DNA of 56,479 bases. It comes from an uncultured virus (IMG/VR IMGVR_UViG_3300001041_000009) (lineage: Duplodnaviria; Heunggongvirae; Uroviricota; Caudoviricetes). The position numbers and the translations under genes are program-made. A model generated the notes under the pieces. It saw only the letters and a list, made by a program, of their open reading frames with translations. It did not search any database and had not been told where the DNA came from. Location: positions 62,001-118,479 of the IMG/VR virus record IMGVR_UViG_3300001041_000009, one strand, 5' to 3'. Every line of letters begins with the position of its first letter. Positions within the stretch are counted from its first letter, which is position 1. Of the stretch, positions 41,630 through 52,384 are shown piece by piece.

Positions 41630-43081
41630 ATGAATAAAATAACAGTTAATCATACATCTATTATTATATCAAATTATAATTTAGGAGACAATTTATACTT
41701 AGAGAAAATGTTATCTATATGGAATGATTCATACTTCAGGTATGATACTAAAGGATTTCAGTATGATCCTGAATTAAAACAATTATTAATTCCTAGAGGA
41801 TTAGACTTAAGTTATCTTGAGAAAAGTTTTAATGCTAATATTGAAATTGATTATAAGCCTGATCCATACGAACCAGCTTCATTTCGTTTAAAAACCGAGC
41901 CACGTGATGATATTCAAAGGAAATCTATTTCATATCTATTAGGAGAAATCCCATTTAATTATACAAAGAAATATTCACAGTTATCCCTTAATCTTCAGAC
42001 CAGTTTTGGTAAAACTTATTGTGTAATAGCGGCTTTAACATTTATGAAAGTTAAATCTCTTATTATTACACATAATAATGCTATTAAGAAACAATGGCAT
42101 GACTCCTTATTATCAATGACTGACCTTGATGATTCATATATATGTAATATCGAAGGTAGTTCTGTTATAGAATTGATACTGAAAAGTAAAACATTAAAAT
42201 ATAAAGTATATATGGTAAATCATAGAACTTTACAAGTTTATGGTGAGAAAAATGGTTGGGATAAAATATCCAATCTATTTAAAAAAATAGCTATAGGAGT
42301 AAAGGTTATCGATGAAGCTCATATTGAATTCTATAATACTTTAAAAATAGACTTCTATACTAATACTAAGAAGACATTCTATTTAACAGCTAACTTCGAA
42401 CGTTCAGAGCATAAAGATAACAAACTTTTCAATCTGTGTTTTAAGAATATAGCTAAATATGGCATAGAGACTAAAGATGATAAAAGGAAACATATAGTAT
42501 ATATATCAGTTATCTTTAATTCAAAACCCACCTTAGATATACAAGCATCCATTAAAGGATTACATGGTTTCGATAGAAATAAATATATTGACTATCAAAT
42601 GCGGAATGGTATGATACACGATGTAATATTATATTTATTAAATTATTTTAATGATAAGGAAGGAAAAACATTAGTATTATCATCTAAAATAGAGTCATCT
42701 AAAATCATTGCTGATTATATTCGATCTAATTATACAAATAAAAGTATTGCTATATATAATTCTGAAGTATCTGATAACGATAAGTTGATAGCTTTAACAT
42801 CAGATATCATAAGTTCAACTCCTAAGTCTACTGGAACCGGTTCTGATATCCCAGGTTTGCGTATACTTATAATGACTGAACCTTATTCATCAGCTATAAC
42901 AGCTAATCAAATATCAGGTAGATTAAGGGAATATTCGTCAAGTGAGTACACATTCTATATTGAATTAGTAGATAGGGGGTTCGGCAGAGTATACGATATG
43001 TACAAAAAACGTTTGAAACATTTTAAAACTAAGTGTGTTAAGATACTGGAATTAAAATATAATAATGAAAGGGTTGATTGA
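41630..43081 (+). CDS. Superfamily 2 (UvsW-like) helicase
   Basis: Q motif, QTSFGKT, DEAH, LTA, GTGSDIP, QISGRLR. Confidence 0.88.
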   Translation: MNKITVNHTSIIISNYNLGDNLYLEKMLSIWNDSYFRYDTKGFQYDPELKQLLIPRGLDLSYLEKSFNANIEIDYKPDPYEPASFRLKTEPRDDIQRKSISYLLGEIPFNYTKKYSQLSLNLQTSFGKTYCVIAALTFMKVKSLIITHNNAIKKQWHDSLLSMTDLDDSYICNIEGSSVIELILKSKTLKYKVYMVNHRTLQVYGEKNGWDKISNLFKKIAIGVKVIDEAHIEFYNTLKIDFYTNTKKTFYLTANFERSEHKDNKLFNLCFKNIAKYGIETKDDKRKHIVYISVIFNSKPTLDIQASIKGLHGFDRNKYIDYQMRNGMIHDVILYLLNYFNDKEGKTLVLSSKIESSKIIADYIRSNYTNKSIAIYNSEVSDNDKLIALTSDIISSTPKSTGTGSDIPGLRILIMTEPYSSAITANQISGRLREYSSSEYTFYIELVDRGFGRVYDMYKKRLKHFKTKCVKILELKYNNERVD

Positions 43082-43557
43082 GTATTATGAATGAATTGGA
43101 CGTTTCTAAATTAATACAACTATTACCAATGAGTTATCATAATTTAGGTTTTGGAGTTATTATATTAAAATCCAGATTTAAATATTTATTTCATTTAAAC
43201 ATGTTAGAATATAAGATATCAGAAAACATTGGTTTATCCATTATTAATGTACTAACCGGATATTCAATAGCGCGAATATATTATAAATATAACAAAATAT
43301 ATATTTATAAATTTAACTTCAGTAATAGTAAACATTCAATTACTTATAATAAATTATATATGGTTTTTGCTCTATTTCATGAATTAAGACATGGTTATCA
43401 GCATGTTAGGGGAAAGACCTTTAAGACAAAATTAGATAAAGAGGATGACGCCAATTACTTTGCTAGATGTATGATGTCGAAATATTTTCAAGAAATCTCA
43501 TTAATATTAGAGATCGCACCATTGTATCATAATAGGAGAATGATTAATTTTTTTTAA
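43078..43557 (+). CDS. HExxH metallopeptidase-like protein
   Basis: LFHELRHGYQ..EDDANYFA. Confidence 0.55.
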   Translation: MSIMNELDVSKLIQLLPMSYHNLGFGVIILKSRFKYLFHLNMLEYKISENIGLSIINVLTGYSIARIYYKYNKIYIYKFNFSNSKHSITYNKLYMVFALFHELRHGYQHVRGKTFKTKLDKEDDANYFARCMMSKYFQEISLILEIAPLYHNRRMINFF

Positions 43558-43559
43558 TA

Positions 43560-43599
43560 AAATATATCGGAGTTACTTTAAAGTAACTCCGATATATTT
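43560..43599. terminator. Palindromic bidirectional terminator
   Basis: Perfect 40-nt palindrome between convergent genes. Confidence 0.7.
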
Positions 43600-43604
43600 A
43601 TTTT

Positions 43605-44051
43605 TTAACGTAAACGTTGTCTGTTTTTGAAATGACTCTCTTTTCTAAACCACTGTTGAGATTCCTGCATTTTGTTTACGATAGATGCTGGAATAGTATC
43701 ATATGTGAAAGCCATATCATATAATTTTATCATAATATCAAACATGTTGCCAACTTTTTCAAAACAATCTTTAGAAACAAATGAATCACTACCGTTAATA
43801 CTCATAAATGCAATATCATCATTCTCAAGAATTTCCATAGCTTCATGAAGACTAATCACATTAACACTCAATGATTTACAAAATTCTGCAGTATCATCAA
43901 TAAGATCATTGAAATATTCATAATACCCACCAAGTAATTCATGTACTGGATCGAAATCAAGACCAATGACGTTCCAGTGTAAAATTTTTAGATTATGTTG
44001 AAATAATATTTGCGCAGCCATTAATCGTTGTAAACAATCCAATATTAACAC
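43605..44051 (-). CDS. Dps/ferritin-like protein
   Basis: HWNVIGLDFDPVHELL..IDDTAE ferroxidase motif. Confidence 0.82.
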   Translation of the reverse strand: MLILDCLQRLMAAQILFQHNLKILHWNVIGLDFDPVHELLGGYYEYFNDLIDDTAEFCKSLSVNVISLHEAMEILENDDIAFMSINGSDSFVSKDCFEKVGNMFDIMIKLYDMAFTYDTIPASIVNKMQESQQWFRKESHFKNRQRLR

Positions 44052-44092
44052 ACCACCTAATTATTTTTTATTATAATGTTGATCGTTATAGA

Positions 44093-44818
44093 TTAGATAA
44101 CATAGAAAGCTAGATTATCTAAATGGAATAGATCCTTCATTTTCTCCAACATATCTTTTCTTTCACTAGCGGCAGAAGACCAGTCATCGATTTTTAAATT
44201 AATAGTACCGTATGCAGTTTGAATTTCACTATAATGTTTTAATGTATTATATAAGAATGCCTGTATATCAAAAGTTGCTAATTCATAAAAAGTTTGCCAT
44301 GTAGTTGCTGAAATAGATGATAAATTGGGCGCGTGTTCGACGGCAAAAGATATTGTAACTTCTCCATAACTTGTAGCAAAATTATATAAATACATTATAT
44401 TTGGAGATTCAAATTTGAAAGTAATTGCTGGTGCTGCCATTGATACCAAATTAGCATTAGCTTGGGTCATCATTAACCCCTCATACGAATCGACATTATC
44501 ATCATAAGAGGGAGATAAATAACCATTTCCAAGTAATTTACTTCGAGGACTTACATTTTGGATATATAATATACGCCGATCCCCAAATATATCCGGTAAT
44601 TCATATTTAGATTTAGTATATAATGATTCTAAACATACTAAAGTCTTTAGATCAAAAACCATTTCAAAAATCTGTGGGCTGAATGGACTAAATGTTTTTA
44701 AAGTTTTTAGTTTTATAACATCATATAAAGCTTGATCTGCATTTTTAAAAGGTAATGCTAATCCATAAATGCCCAGATCCATTTTTATAGAAGTCATCAG
44801 TTCACTCAAATTCATCAT
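44093..44818 (-). CDS. Probable head-tail (neck) structural protein
   Basis: 241 aa in the structural cluster. Confidence 0.45.
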   Translation of the reverse strand: MMNLSELMTSIKMDLGIYGLALPFKNADQALYDVIKLKTLKTFSPFSPQIFEMVFDLKTLVCLESLYTKSKYELPDIFGDRRILYIQNVSPRSKLLGNGYLSPSYDDNVDSYEGLMMTQANANLVSMAAPAITFKFESPNIMYLYNFATSYGEVTISFAVEHAPNLSSISATTWQTFYELATFDIQAFLYNTLKHYSEIQTAYGTINLKIDDWSSAASERKDMLEKMKDLFHLDNLAFYVI

Positions 44819-44910
44819 AAATTTATCACTCCTTATCGTTTAGTTATTATAATAATGTAATACATAAAGAATGATATAAGTGATTTAAATCACTTATATC
44901 ATTCTTTATA

Positions 44911-45879
44911 TTAGACCAGTTCGACATGAATAGTGGCCGACGCACCTTGTCCGAAAATCGAATCAACAAGGACCTTCATTTCTACAGCCTCATCAACATC
45001 CACTTCAAAAACTTGTGCATTACTCTGACCACCATCACCAGACAATCTGAGAGTTATTAATGTGCCTTGATGATATTCACCCGAAACTTGATTTAGAAAA
45101 AATGGTACGATGTTCAAAGCCGGAGCGCTCCTGAGATCGGTTACGGACAATTTAACGTAAATAAAAGCCTTGTGTTTATCTACAGTCGATACTGGTGTAA
45201 TGCCAGTATGGCTATATCCATTGTTAGGAACTAGGATTAGGTTGGTGCTCGCAATACCAGTTCCTACCGCTCCCACATTTACAACACCAGCAGCCCCACC
45301 AGCTTCAACCACACCTACTGCTGTAATAGCACATCCGGCCAAACGCTCAGCTTCAGTAATTCGAGCAACCCACAATGGCCCAGCTACATCAGTTGAGAGA
45401 AATATGTCGTAAAACTCTGCATTACTAGACCGTGGAATGGTTATATCTATCGATTTGTCAACTGTTGGAGTAACTGTTACTATGGCACTCGATCCTGCCG
45501 TACCATATCTATTGGCCGGAGCAACAGCAATCCCATGCGCTACAGCAGTTAATAGTCCTGCAACCTCTGCCTGATCGGCGGCAGTTATCGTAATCTTTGG
45601 AATTTTGTCGACTACTGTTATGGCATTGCGATGCGCTACACCAGTATTACGGGCCCTAATAATTGTAGTATCAGTATCAACAACATCATCAATTACATTG
45701 GAAATGATCTCAATATCATTAGATGCAATTATATTCTGGATATTAATGAACTCATCATCAGTATATGTCCTAGTAAAAGGACCGTCCTCAGATCTAAATA
45801 ATTCTCCCAGTATCTCGGTAACTGTATCCGCATTAGGTACAGTAAAGGTTAATATATGTTTCATACCACACAACTCCAT
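44911..45879 (-). CDS. Probable virion structural protein
   Basis: Ala/Val/Thr-rich, beta-rich; late motif at 45894..45905. Confidence 0.5.
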   Translation of the reverse strand: MELCGMKHILTFTVPNADTVTEILGELFRSEDGPFTRTYTDDEFINIQNIIASNDIEIISNVIDDVVDTDTTIIRARNTGVAHRNAITVVDKIPKITITAADQAEVAGLLTAVAHGIAVAPANRYGTAGSSAIVTVTPTVDKSIDITIPRSSNAEFYDIFLSTDVAGPLWVARITEAERLAGCAITAVGVVEAGGAAGVVNVGAVGTGIASTNLILVPNNGYSHTGITPVSTVDKHKAFIYVKLSVTDLRSAPALNIVPFFLNQVSGEYHQGTLITLRLSGDGGQSNAQVFEVDVDEAVEMKVLVDSIFGQGASATIHVELV

Positions 45880-45962
45880 TCATAATATTTTTTTATAGTA
45901 TTGTTTATAATAACGATTATGAAATAATACAGATGGAGTTACACCACCTCTATTATTTCATT

Positions 45963-46796
45963 TTATAAGTGACTCATGAACATATTAATGTCACGTTTGA
46001 TTTTATCATCAATATTTACAAAGAATGTATTACCATTTTCTTTTAAAATAACATGTTTAAAATCTTTAGATAATTGCATTGATTCCATTGATACTTCACA
46101 TACATTAGATATTAATTTAACATTTGTGGATTCCATCTTAATGAAATCTATTAGTTGAGATTCTTTTACGGCAACTGTTAGATTCTCAGTAATAGTATTG
46201 CCAACAGTTCCTAGATTCTTAATAATTTTTTCTATGGGTTTTGTCATATCACGATATGCTCCATTATGACTAGGTAAAATAACTCTATCGTATGTGACAA
46301 TATGTGCTCTAGATCTCATTATTTGAGAACCATCACCTTGTTTTGCTAATTGAGCTAATGCCCTTAGACTAAAGGCCGGTTCTAAACCTTGAAGAATATT
46401 TTTGGTCATCTGAGTTCCGTACATTCCATCATCGAGTGTTTCAATTTCACCCATGAGTTTAATACCATTGAGACTAAATGAATTTATTATATGACTTGTT
46501 AATTTTGGATTTATAGTAAGAATTCGTTTAACTTCATCTGTATCAGGATGACCAGCCTCACCGGCCCATGATCGCTTAAGCATAAGTTCACTAATATGTG
46601 GTGCTTGTAATGACTCCATCATTGGTTCTAAAATATATTTACGTCTGTTTCTATTTAGTATATTAAACTCTTGAAGACATGTTTGGAATCTTAAAAAGAA
46701 AGAATTATTCCGATCAAAGACTTGTAAATTTATTGGTTTAACAGGGTCCATTGTGGACTCCATTACGCAATAAGCTACTACTTGTTGTTTATACAT
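45963..46796 (-). CDS. Prohead protease (T4 gp21-like)
   Basis: NRNRRKY, GEAGHP, SH, FSLRALA, TYDRVILPSH; start after AAGGAG. Confidence 0.85.
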   Translation of the reverse strand: MYKQQVVAYCVMESTMDPVKPINLQVFDRNNSFFLRFQTCLQEFNILNRNRRKYILEPMMESLQAPHISELMLKRSWAGEAGHPDTDEVKRILTINPKLTSHIINSFSLNGIKLMGEIETLDDGMYGTQMTKNILQGLEPAFSLRALAQLAKQGDGSQIMRSRAHIVTYDRVILPSHNGAYRDMTKPIEKIIKNLGTVGNTITENLTVAVKESQLIDFIKMESTNVKLISNVCEVSMESMQLSKDFKHVILKENGNTFFVNIDDKIKRDINMFMSHL

Positions 46797-46915
46797 ATTA
46801 CATCTACTCCTTTCAGTATTACCAGTTTCATTATGATAATGTTTATACTGGCCGATTATAAAGAAGTCTTTATTTTTTAGCATACAACAAATATATAATA
46901 AAAAACTATAATGGG

Positions 46916-48580
46916 GTGTTGATGATGAATGTTAATATCCAGCGTATATTGGATGCTAAAAAACCATCTCAAATTAAACAAAGATTTGATTCATTAAAAG
47001 AAAATTATAGTGTTGTAGATTCTATTAAATACTTAGATTTCATTAGACATCAGGACTTAAAAAGTATATTAGAGAATTCTCAATATATTTATTCAGAACC
47101 CAGATCAGGAGCTGATTTCTTATTAACTGTATTAAAGACAAATGATTTAACTCTAAATGAATTGATAGTTCAAAAAGAGGGATTAACTAAAGTATTTGAT
47201 CTATATAAAACTGTAGAGAGTATAAATACATTAAATCCTGAATTCATATCAACATTAACTGAATGTGGAAGATTACTTGATTCATTGATTAATAACAAAA
47301 CAGATCCATCATATATAATGAAAGAAGCTTTATATAATTTACATTTAAATTTCTTACCTCAACCTATATTAGAATCTTCATTTAATAAAGATATGGATCA
47401 GATCATTCAGAATGTAAATTCAGAACCGCAAGTTATGGATAAATACCAAGAGTTATTGAGGGATATTAAATCAAATAAAAGTAAAGTCACCGCATCGCAC
47501 TTAGTAGGTATACTTATTAGGAATACATTACTAGTTATTGGTCTTACTGTTACTTTGGCGACAGGATCAGTATTATTGATTGTTAGCCTACCTATGGCTA
47601 TAGTCCATAAATTAATCTCCGATAAAATTAACATAAAATATATAGATTCATATATAGCCGTAATTAATAAACAAATTCAATCAATTGAAACTGAGAAAGG
47701 GCCATCGGACGATAATAAAAAGAAATTATTAAATGATTATCAACAATCGTTAATTGAAGCTAAGAAAGTATTACTTGATTATAAAATAAAGAATCTTGAT
47801 ACTACGCAGGTGAAGAAATATCTAAAAGAAAGTTTATCAACTAGTAGTCAAATTATTGGTTATGATGATGATGATTTAGATCTCGACGACGATTTAGAAG
47901 ACGCTGATGAATTTAATACAGAATTATTTATTGATGATAATGACGAACTTGGTACATTAGAACATGCATTCAGTGTGGGTTTTATTACATTATTTGGAGA
48001 TAATGAATCTCAGGTAACTATAGAGAATTTTAATCAATTAATGAGAACCTCTGATAAATATTCTGCTATACTTGAAGAGAGTACTGTCCGTAAACTCGCA
48101 TTAAAACATGAAGAGGGTGTTAAGAAATTAGTTCATGGTGCACGAAAAATTGGATCGGATTTGGGGCGTACCCCTAATATCACAAAAAGAACTGTAGGTC
48201 ACATAGATACCCTTGTTAGTAATACTATTAATGCTGTTAAGGATATGGATAAAAATGAAAGACGTACTCGGATTGTTGAAGGTGCGTTTAAAGCCAAATT
48301 ATTTAAAATATTAAAAAATGGTATTGCTTTAGGTGTTGTATTTGCTGTAAGCCCCGCTATAGCTGTAATAGGATTACTCGGAGCTATAGCGATTGATCAA
48401 AAATTAGATCGTGATGCTAGACAAGAGATTCTGCATGAATTAGAAAATGAATTAAAAATGTGTGATGAAAAGATTGAAGATGCTCGGGGTGATCGAAATA
48501 AAGAAAAGAAATATCAACTAATGCGTATAAAACATAAACTGGAACATGATATAGGAAGAATAAAGTATTATCTAGATTAA
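46916..48580 (+). CDS. Probable virion head/internal protein
   Basis: 554 aa; late motif at 46886; ILES/ILEE sites. Confidence 0.55.
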   Translation: MLMMNVNIQRILDAKKPSQIKQRFDSLKENYSVVDSIKYLDFIRHQDLKSILENSQYIYSEPRSGADFLLTVLKTNDLTLNELIVQKEGLTKVFDLYKTVESINTLNPEFISTLTECGRLLDSLINNKTDPSYIMKEALYNLHLNFLPQPILESSFNKDMDQIIQNVNSEPQVMDKYQELLRDIKSNKSKVTASHLVGILIRNTLLVIGLTVTLATGSVLLIVSLPMAIVHKLISDKINIKYIDSYIAVINKQIQSIETEKGPSDDNKKKLLNDYQQSLIEAKKVLLDYKIKNLDTTQVKKYLKESLSTSSQIIGYDDDDLDLDDDLEDADEFNTELFIDDNDELGTLEHAFSVGFITLFGDNESQVTIENFNQLMRTSDKYSAILEESTVRKLALKHEEGVKKLVHGARKIGSDLGRTPNITKRTVGHIDTLVSNTINAVKDMDKNERRTRIVEGAFKAKLFKILKNGIALGVVFAVSPAIAVIGLLGAIAIDQKLDRDARQEILHELENELKMCDEKIEDARGDRNKEKKYQLMRIKHKLEHDIGRIKYYLD

Positions 48581-48600
48581 CTGAGGGGGTTATAAATAAA

Positions 48601-49281
48601 ATGGACTTTTTGGATATATTGATGGAGGCAAAAACTGGAATATCTTCTAAAAATAAAAAACCTCCTAAAACAATTCAGATTAAACCTGATAAAGAAACTG
48701 ATGATTACACAGATAGTATTGATGATAAACCAGATGACCCCCCTGACACTAATAGTGATGGAGATCCAAATACCGAAGAAGATGATGCAACAGACTATAC
48801 ACAAGATGATGAAGTCGTAGAACCTCAAACTGATGAAGACCCTGATACTACAGATGACGAAACTACTGATTATACGGAAGATGATGGTGAAGGTGGTGAT
48901 GAAAACTCAGATAATCCAGACGATCTTGGTGACGCTACTGATAACCCAGACGAAGAAACACCAGAAGATACTGAAGATGGATCTGAGAATGAAAAGAATA
49001 ACATAATTATGACAGACTTTATAAATTTGTATAATCTAACTAATAATACTATCAGTAAACTATCCAATGTTGATAAAACAAATATCTTTATAAATAAAAT
49101 ACTTACCCAAGTTCTTTCCAATTTAGTATTAATCAAAAGACATATATATAATTTTATAGTGTTTAAGTTTTCTAATAATAAATATGTTAATAATTTATAC
49201 CAATATAACTTTTTTACTGAGGCATTTAGAGTAAATATTGAAATGCTTAAGAAAATAGATGTTTTTATCGCTAATTCTTAA
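48601..49281 (+). CDS. Acidic head scaffold-like protein
   Basis: D/E-rich with TDYT repeats, directly upstream of the capsid gene. Confidence 0.5.
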   Translation: MDFLDILMEAKTGISSKNKKPPKTIQIKPDKETDDYTDSIDDKPDDPPDTNSDGDPNTEEDDATDYTQDDEVVEPQTDEDPDTTDDETTDYTEDDGEGGDENSDNPDDLGDATDNPDEETPEDTEDGSENEKNNIIMTDFINLYNLTNNTISKLSNVDKTNIFINKILTQVLSNLVLIKRHIYNFIVFKFSNNKYVNNLYQYNFFTEAFRVNIEMLKKIDVFIANS

Positions 49282-49326
49282 AACATTTAAATAAAAAAAC
49301 TTAACTGAAGGGAAGTGTTATAGACT

Positions 49327-51036
49327 ATGTACGAATACTTGGAAGCTAAAAACCATACAGCAGTAATCGGCTCTTTTACAGTCGATAAACATTCCGATTT
49401 TAAAAACGGAGTGAAAAGTCTCCTCGAAAGTTTTCGGGGCGCTTATTCGGTAGACGCGATTGATGATCTCGTAAAGATTCTTAAAGTGGACACACTTAAA
49501 GAAGATTATAAACAACGCCTCATTGGAGATGTTTTAGAAGAAAGTTTTGAGGACCCTTACTACGCTATGCTGCCACAAAAATTGGAACAGCTTTTTGAAA
49601 ACTCCGCCTTGGAAATCATTAAAGAGGCATCGTCTGTCGGTAATATGTCACCAATTGTTGGCATTTCATTGCCTATTTTGAAAAAGAACTTCATTGAGTG
49701 TCATTCCAAAGACATTGTGATGACCGAAGTTCCAACCAAACCAATCATCAAAAACGCCTTCGAGCGGAAATTCCTAAAAGACAAAGCAGGTGCCAAGTAT
49801 TACATTCCAGATATTTTCTACGACGACAGTTACAAAACTGTCCTTGAGAAAACAAAAGGTAAGTTGATCAGCACGGCGTTTTACCCAACTGAGGGAACAC
49901 TACCTATTCAGGATCTGGCCATTATGACATTATCAGGCGGGACTATGGAAACCCGTGATTCGCTGGCTTATGACTTCTGTATTGAAGCTGTCAAGATTAC
50001 AGTTCCTGATGAAGCAGGAACTGGGACAGTAAGTAAAGTCATATCAGGGTTAAATATCCAACCAAACTTTGGAGCAAATAATTCATTTGTCTTCAGTGTT
50101 ACGGCCACCGGTGATAATGATGCAATTGTCAAAGACAATATCATGGGACAAGTTGATCAATATTCCGGTTTGGTATCCGTTGCATCTAGTGCTGGTAAAA
50201 TTACTCAGGTAAGATTTGGCGGCCATTTATCCAACGAGAATAACATGGAAACTGTCGAACTCGATCGCGAAAGAGAAACCATGGAGTGGAAGATTCCTGA
50301 CGGACAGAGAATCAACACTGGTTTAACTATTGAGCGAATTAAGGATAACAAAGCTTTGCTTGACTTGGATATCACATCCGAGATCATTGCGGATATGAGT
50401 GAAGTCTTAACTCAGTTCGAAGACAGTACCGTTATGTCATTCATGGATGACAGCCTCGCTAAATGGACAGGTAAAAAGAATCTTCCTTTCGGCTACACTG
50501 AAGGATTTGTTGAAACTTCCTCATTCAGTTGTATTCCTCCGGCGAACGTGTTCGTTACGAACTCTTCGTGGATTGCCACAGAGTTGAAATTTAATCTTAA
50601 TCGTCTTATTGATCGGCTGAAAACTAAGCTGAAAACCACGGACCTCATGTTTGTTGTATACGGCAATCCGAATAACATCAGCCTTATTCAAGATGATGTG
50701 AAATGGGTAATTGACGAAAACACGAAAATCGGCGGCATCCAGTTGGATTACAGTTTCGGTGTCATGACCGGGAACAAAAACCGAATCCATGTTGTTAGCT
50801 CATTGAAAGTTGCTGTGTCTAAGGGCCTTAGGATAATCGCTTATCCATTAAGTAAGGAAATCATTACATTTAAGCATTACAAATACAGCTTAAACATCGA
50901 AAACATTTACCGCAACGCGCTGACCCCATTAACTCCAAACATTATGGGAACTGCCCGTTACTTGACCACGGAAGTCCTTCCAATTCAAGGAGAATTCTCT
51001 TTGACCAACAACGGCTTCTACAGTACCACAGCCTAA
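49327..51036 (+). CDS. Major capsid protein
   Basis: Codon usage typical of high expression; late motif; T4 gp23-like C-terminus (TPLTPNIMGTARY); strong terminator after it. Confidence 0.75.
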   Translation: MYEYLEAKNHTAVIGSFTVDKHSDFKNGVKSLLESFRGAYSVDAIDDLVKILKVDTLKEDYKQRLIGDVLEESFEDPYYAMLPQKLEQLFENSALEIIKEASSVGNMSPIVGISLPILKKNFIECHSKDIVMTEVPTKPIIKNAFERKFLKDKAGAKYYIPDIFYDDSYKTVLEKTKGKLISTAFYPTEGTLPIQDLAIMTLSGGTMETRDSLAYDFCIEAVKITVPDEAGTGTVSKVISGLNIQPNFGANNSFVFSVTATGDNDAIVKDNIMGQVDQYSGLVSVASSAGKITQVRFGGHLSNENNMETVELDRERETMEWKIPDGQRINTGLTIERIKDNKALLDLDITSEIIADMSEVLTQFEDSTVMSFMDDSLAKWTGKKNLPFGYTEGFVETSSFSCIPPANVFVTNSSWIATELKFNLNRLIDRLKTKLKTTDLMFVVYGNPNNISLIQDDVKWVIDENTKIGGIQLDYSFGVMTGNKNRIHVVSSLKVAVSKGLRIIAYPLSKEIITFKHYKYSLNIENIYRNALTPLTPNIMGTARYLTTEVLPIQGEFSLTNNGFYSTTA

Positions 51037-51057
51037 AACTTGTGTGTATAAAAGCAA

Positions 51058-51094
51058 AAAACGAGAACTCTTCTATAAGAAGAGTTCTCGTTTT
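51058..51094 (+). terminator. Intrinsic terminator after capsid gene
   Basis: AAAACGAGAACTCTTCT-ATA-AGAAGAGTTCTCGTTTT. Confidence 0.75.
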
Positions 51095-51124
51095 ACTATT
51101 ACTTTTTAGGAGGATGATTTAAAA

Positions 51125-52366
51125 ATGACAATAGGAAATAAGTCTCAGGATTTCTTACTGATTGAAAAATGTTTTTCGGCTATAAAGGACAAGGTAGATA
51201 TTATTAATAACTTATCAAAGATATCAACTATAATCAAAAGATCATTTGATTTAACATTTAATATCTCTATAGTGGAGAACGATACGAATCAATTTTTTGG
51301 TATGAATATATATCCAACTATTAATACTATCAACTTAATGATTGATGCCATTCTAACTCAAAAATCTCATGCTGATGTTGTTGTTGAAATATGGAATGGT
51401 AACAAAGAATGGTTTGTTGAGATTGATTCCATTATATTATACGACAAGAATCTCAATGCAAATCCAGCAGAAATTACTGCTGTGTTATTACATGAAATCG
51501 GCCATGTAGTATATTCCAATTCTATTCCCCAAAGAGTAAATTCTATTTTGCGTTATCAAATAATGCAAACTGATTATGCCGTTAAGAAATTATGTGAAAA
51601 CAATAAGATCCGTAAATTATTTGATCTAGTAATAGCCGAAGCTTGTAGTTCAAAGAACTTCCATTATACCAACGTACAATCTGAGAGAATCGCAGATAAT
51701 TTTGTTGTTAAAATGGGTTATGGAACTGAGCTTGATAACTTCATCACTAAATTAATTGCAACTAAAGGGAATAGTTTGATTAATAGAAGTTCTGGAGAAA
51801 TGGACGGTGATGTTAAAACTATTATACTATGGAGTGTTGATAATATCACTGAACTTGAATTTAGAAAGAATAAACTAAAACATGCTATACAAACCGAATT
51901 ATATAGAAATCCAAGTCATTTCATTAGGGTTGTTTTTAATTCAATCAAACAAGCTTTTTTTGGTATGGATGTTAATACTTATAAAAATATGGTAACTGAA
52001 CAATTTATCATTGATACTAAACTTAAGATAGTTAATGAGTCCTTCCTTGATTGGTTTGATGTTGCGGGTAATGTCAAAAAGATTAGTCAGATCGATATTG
52101 ACATGATTCTAATTGAAGTTGACAAAATTCAAAATAACGACGACCGCATTTATGTCTTAGATAGAATCTATGATAAATTAGATCTAGTTAATTCATCTAT
52201 TGATATTATTAATAAAGGTGATATCACTAAAGTCAAGCAGTCGAAACAAACTTTGATAAATCTTAAAACTCAACTTGAAAAAACTAGAGAACGTATTATA
52301 CAAATGCAGATCAAAGAAAAGCAATATGGTGTATTTATTAAATATCCAAAAGGATATGAGTCATAA
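51125..52366 (+). CDS. HExxH zinc-peptidase-like virion protein
   Basis: LLHEIGH..ERIADNFVVKMGYG. Confidence 0.6.
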   Translation: MTIGNKSQDFLLIEKCFSAIKDKVDIINNLSKISTIIKRSFDLTFNISIVENDTNQFFGMNIYPTINTINLMIDAILTQKSHADVVVEIWNGNKEWFVEIDSIILYDKNLNANPAEITAVLLHEIGHVVYSNSIPQRVNSILRYQIMQTDYAVKKLCENNKIRKLFDLVIAEACSSKNFHYTNVQSERIADNFVVKMGYGTELDNFITKLIATKGNSLINRSSGEMDGDVKTIILWSVDNITELEFRKNKLKHAIQTELYRNPSHFIRVVFNSIKQAFFGMDVNTYKNMVTEQFIIDTKLKIVNESFLDWFDVAGNVKKISQIDIDMILIEVDKIQNNDDRIYVLDRIYDKLDLVNSSIDIINKGDITKVKQSKQTLINLKTQLEKTRERIIQMQIKEKQYGVFIKYPKGYES

Positions 52367-52384
52367 AAAAGAAGGTGGCTCTTT

